From the NCBI GenBank assembly GCA_051313645.2, contig JBNRSN020000014.1, positions 44,764,001 through 44,828,000 on the forward strand: 64,000 nt of DNA, written 5' to 3'. Position numbers and translations under genes: made by a program. Shown one piece after another: positions 62,718 through 64,000 of the stretch. Position 1 is the first letter of the stretch. Every line of letters begins with the position of its first letter. Under the pieces are notes generated by a model. It saw only the letters and a list, made by a program, of their open reading frames with translations. It was not told the DNA's origin and did not search any database. Source of the stretch: Centroscyllium fabricii (Eukaryota).

Positions 62718-63497
62718 GAAATAGGAGCAGGAGTAGGCCATTTGGCCCTTCGAGCCTGCTCCGCCATTCAATAAGATCATGGCTGATCCTCTACCTCATC
62801 TCAACTTTCCTGCACTATCCCCATATCCCTTGACGCCCTTAATATTCAAAAATCTATTGATCTCTGTCTGAAATATACTCAACGACTGAGCCTCCACGGC
62901 CCTCTGGGGTAGAGAATTCAAAAGATTCACAACCCTTTGAGTGAAGAAATTTCTCCTCATCTCAGTCCTAAATGGCTGTCCCCTTATTCTGAGACTCTGA
63001 CCCCTGGTTCTAGACTTCTCAGCCAGAGGAAACATCCTCCCAGCATCTACCCTGTCAAGCCCTGTAAGAATTTTGTATGTTTCAATGAGATTCCCTCTCA
63101 TTCTTCTAAACTCTAGAGAATATAGGCCTAGCCTACTCAATCTGTCCTCATAGGACACTCCCCCCATCCCAGGAACTAATCTGGTGAACTTTTGTTGCAC
63201 TCCCTCTGTGGCAAGTATCCTTCCTTAAGTAACGAGACCAAAACTGTACACGCTACTCCAGGTGTGGTCTCACTAGGGCCCTATATAATTGCAGTAAGAC
63301 GGCTTTACTCTTATACTCAAATCCTCTTGTAATAAAGGCCAACATACCATTTGCTTTCCTGATTGCTTGCTGTACCATCAGTGATTTGTGTACAAGGCCA
63401 CCCAGGTCCCTCTGAACACCAACATTCCCCAATCTCTCTCCATTTAAAAAATACTCTGCTTTTCCATTTTTCCTACCAAAGTGGATAACTTCACACT
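62718..63497 (-). mobile_element. CR1 LINE 3' end
   Basis: ORF 62796-63200 FTRLVPGM...GLYSLEFRRMRG...FFTQRVVNL plus tail. Confidence 0.92.
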
Positions 63498-63736
63498 AAC
63501 TGATATTTAATCTGTATTTGTATGGAGTATATATTTCTTATGTATTCTGCTAAATATTGATGTAATGTCTGCCTCAGAAAGGAATTTAAATTAGAGTCAA
63601 GTATTAAAAAGTACACAGTAGCTAGCTGTGATACATGAAAATCAATTGGAAACCTGGGCTTGATTTAATAATGCACCTTAAAGGGATCTGTGAAATCTGA
63701 ACCCATTATCCATTGGGTAAAAATAATTCTCTTATA

Positions 63737-64000
63737 CAGGTCCGACACCGTTAATCCATCACGGTCGGGACCAGGCCGGTGCCGGACTAGTGAAAAATCC
63801 GAACGACTGAAGCTTCGGCGAGCGCATGCGCAGACCATTCAAAATGGCCTCCGCGAAGGCTGGCAGCCATTTTGAATGGCCTGCGCATGCGCTCGCCGAA
63901 GCATTAATCGTTCGGGGAGAGGCCCGGGCATGCGCAGCCAAGTGCAGTGGCCGTTTTGCGCATGCGCAGCCAAGCACAGCGGCCATTTTGAGCATGCGTA
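63737..64000. mobile_element. Tigger-like MITE (NRF1/YY1-motif family), cut by the window end
   Basis: TA followed by CAGGTCCGACACCGTTAATCC; several GCGCATGCGC and AAAATGGC motifs. Confidence 0.85.

Overview
Eukaryotic, repeat-rich DNA with no host exon I can support. The repeat families (HE1/V-SINE-like, SacSINE1/DeuSINE-like, CR1, Rex1/Babar, Penelope-like) point to a cartilaginous fish, probably a shark; this is inferred from recalled family motifs, not a database search. Nearly all ORFs in the track are transposon remnants or by-products of repeats. Main content: (1) a ~10.1-kb array of a 24-bp unit (37.43-47.57 kb, ~420 copies) with higher-order duplications and a CpG-decay signature; (2) three young Penelope-type insertions with clean 12-14 bp target-site duplications (TSDs) and minimal hammerhead-ribozyme motifs, one a ~300-bp hairpin with a motif on each strand; (3) many PIF/Harbinger-like (3-bp TSD) and Tigger-like (TA TSD) non-autonomous DNA transposons, including a family carrying NRF1+YY1 motif arrays; (4) three ~310-bp solo-LTR-like elements at ATAN sites; (5) insertions nested up to four levels; (6) several repeat-free, TF-motif-rich blocks that may be conserved non-coding elements. 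Coordinates were read by eye and may be off by a few bases.
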